Source of the DNA: the human T2T-CHM13v2.0 reference genome, Homo sapiens
NCBI RefSeq assembly: GCF_009914755.1
Contig: NC_060931.1
Length of the DNA: 64,000 nucleotides
Strand: one strand, 5' to 3'
Shown here piece by piece: positions 62,322 to 64,000 of the stretch (its first letter is position 1; the number at the start of each line of letters is the position of its first letter). The notes beneath the pieces were generated by a model that worked only from the letters and a program-made list of their open reading frames with translations, had not been told where the DNA came from and ran no database searches. The position numbers and the translations under genes were made by a program.

Positions 62322-64000
62322 AAAATGGTGTCTCTTAATTCAGACTGCAATCCTAATCACCTGGGCAGTTTTAGAATAAGCAGATTCTCAGACCCCACAT
62401 CTGTAACATCTTTTTTTTTTTTTTTAAATAAGTAACTTGTAATTCAGCATGTTTGGTTGGGCCACGTATTCTATAATATAGCTGGATTGGGAATTACTGG
62501 ATACGTCCATCTTTTAGTTCCTTTGGAACTTTTGATTGAGTGGTCGTTTTCTTCCTGAAAATTCTCACTTTGCTCTCTGTATAAGTGTAAACACTCATAC
62601 ACATTTCTTTTTGGAAAGTATGAGAGATGCTAGCATTTTCTATAACCAGCTTGGAGTAGATAGCATGCTGTACTTTGTGGAGGAGAGACAGGAAAACTAG
62701 TCAATCTCCCAGATATTCCTGATTCAGTCTGGCTCCCTAATCATCATGTGTTTGTATTATTTTAATTAACATAAATTTACAGAAGTTCCAATACACCTAT
62801 TTCTTACATAAATAGAAAGGCATGCTTCATCAAATATTAAATAGAAATTATTTTTAGACTCTTTGCTCTGAGGCTTTTCTGTAGATATAAACAAGGGCTG
62901 ACTGTATTGCACACAGGTACATGTATGAATGTAGAATATATATATGCAGAATGTATACGTATTCTACATATATATGTAGAATGTGTGACAATAAACTGAT
63001 TTTCTTATGTGGCTCATAAACTAATTCAAAATTTATTCCGAAAGAGGCATTCCAAATGTCTTCTGAGTAATGGAATAATTATATAGGCCCAAATGTAAAG
63101 TACTAAAGGGCTTTGAGGAATGAAACTGAGTGTATACATTTTGGTGTTTGTTCTGTAAAGAAACAGATGCCGTCAAAGAATCTGGCTACTTCATAGATAC
63201 ACATATTTTGACTTATGTGCCCTCAAGCTATTACACCACTCCCTGGATCTTTGGAAAGGAGATAATGTAAATTTCCACAGGCTCGATTTGATTACTTTTC
63301 TAAGTTATTAAAGTAATTCTTTCAGATATATCCTCTGGAGCATTAGATAAGCCACCAAATTCAGAGTGTAACCTGTAAATCTGGGAAAAAAATATTTTGG
63401 CTCTTTTGAACCTAATTTGGGTTTGGCAGAAGTTACTCTAAATCTGTTGCTTGTTGTCTAACTCTTGATTAATTAATTTATGAATGACAATAAAATGTTT
63501 CATGCAGTCTTTCTGTTTTTCCCTTTAACCTTTAAAAACTGGAATAATAGATTTTTATCTCTTTCTGTCTTTTTGCCTATGGTCATGTGGTAAACATTGA
63601 TTTCTTCAGCAACAAACCTCACCAGTGATTAAACAGCCCTAGTTGTAATGGTTGAAGTGATTAACTCCTGTTTTCTCTGGTACAGGTTAAGACGCCCTTG
63701 TGGACACACAGTGTGTTAAGCTACTCTGAGATGATTTGAACTTGGAAGCTGCCATAATGGTAATAATCCTGAAACAAACATGTCTCATGATGCATAAGTG
63801 CTTCCCTCTATTTTGTGTGGTGGCAGCAGCCAGAGAGACTGATGGATAACAGATAACTATCTATAAATAAAAATACATGCAGCATATTGTGGTACAGTCA
63901 ACTCCATTAGGTATCACATATTTTTGTTGTGGTAGAGTTTAGTTTTAATGGCCTATTACTAAAAATTACATGTCCAGTGTGTAGTGAGCTGAAGCCCTGC

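Noticed and set aside
63660-63695. ttttctctggtacag|gttaag as a recursive splice site
   Set aside because: The reconstituted donor GTTAAG is weak; no supporting evidence.

Overview
Primate, almost certainly human, genomic DNA containing the 5' end of TMEM178B. A CpG island (~33.4-37.2 kb) holds coding exon 1 (ATG 36516, phase-1 donor after 36897), followed by ~27 kb of intron 1. The rest is mostly interspersed repeats: >30 Alus, L1, L2, MIR, CR1/L3, MaLR/ERVL/ERV1 LTRs, Tigger3b, a hAT transposase fossil and a truncated U4 snRNA retrocopy. The main element is a full-length pre-Ta L1HS on the minus strand (24195-30250, 14-bp TSD) with open ORF1, ORF2 and ORF0. Its antisense promoter points at TMEM178B from ~6 kb upstream, and its first ORF0 splice donor has the same phase as the exon 1 donor, which predicts an in-frame ORF0-TMEM178B chimera. 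Other observations: two RE1/REST-like sites, a consensus CTCF site between the L1 and the promoter, a two-AUG uORF just before the start codon, a probable ~670-bp inversion that splits both an L1 and an L2, and an Alu-L1-transduction chimera within one TSD. Repeat subfamily names and reference-protein comparisons are from memory of consensus sequences, and boundaries of old repeats are approximate.
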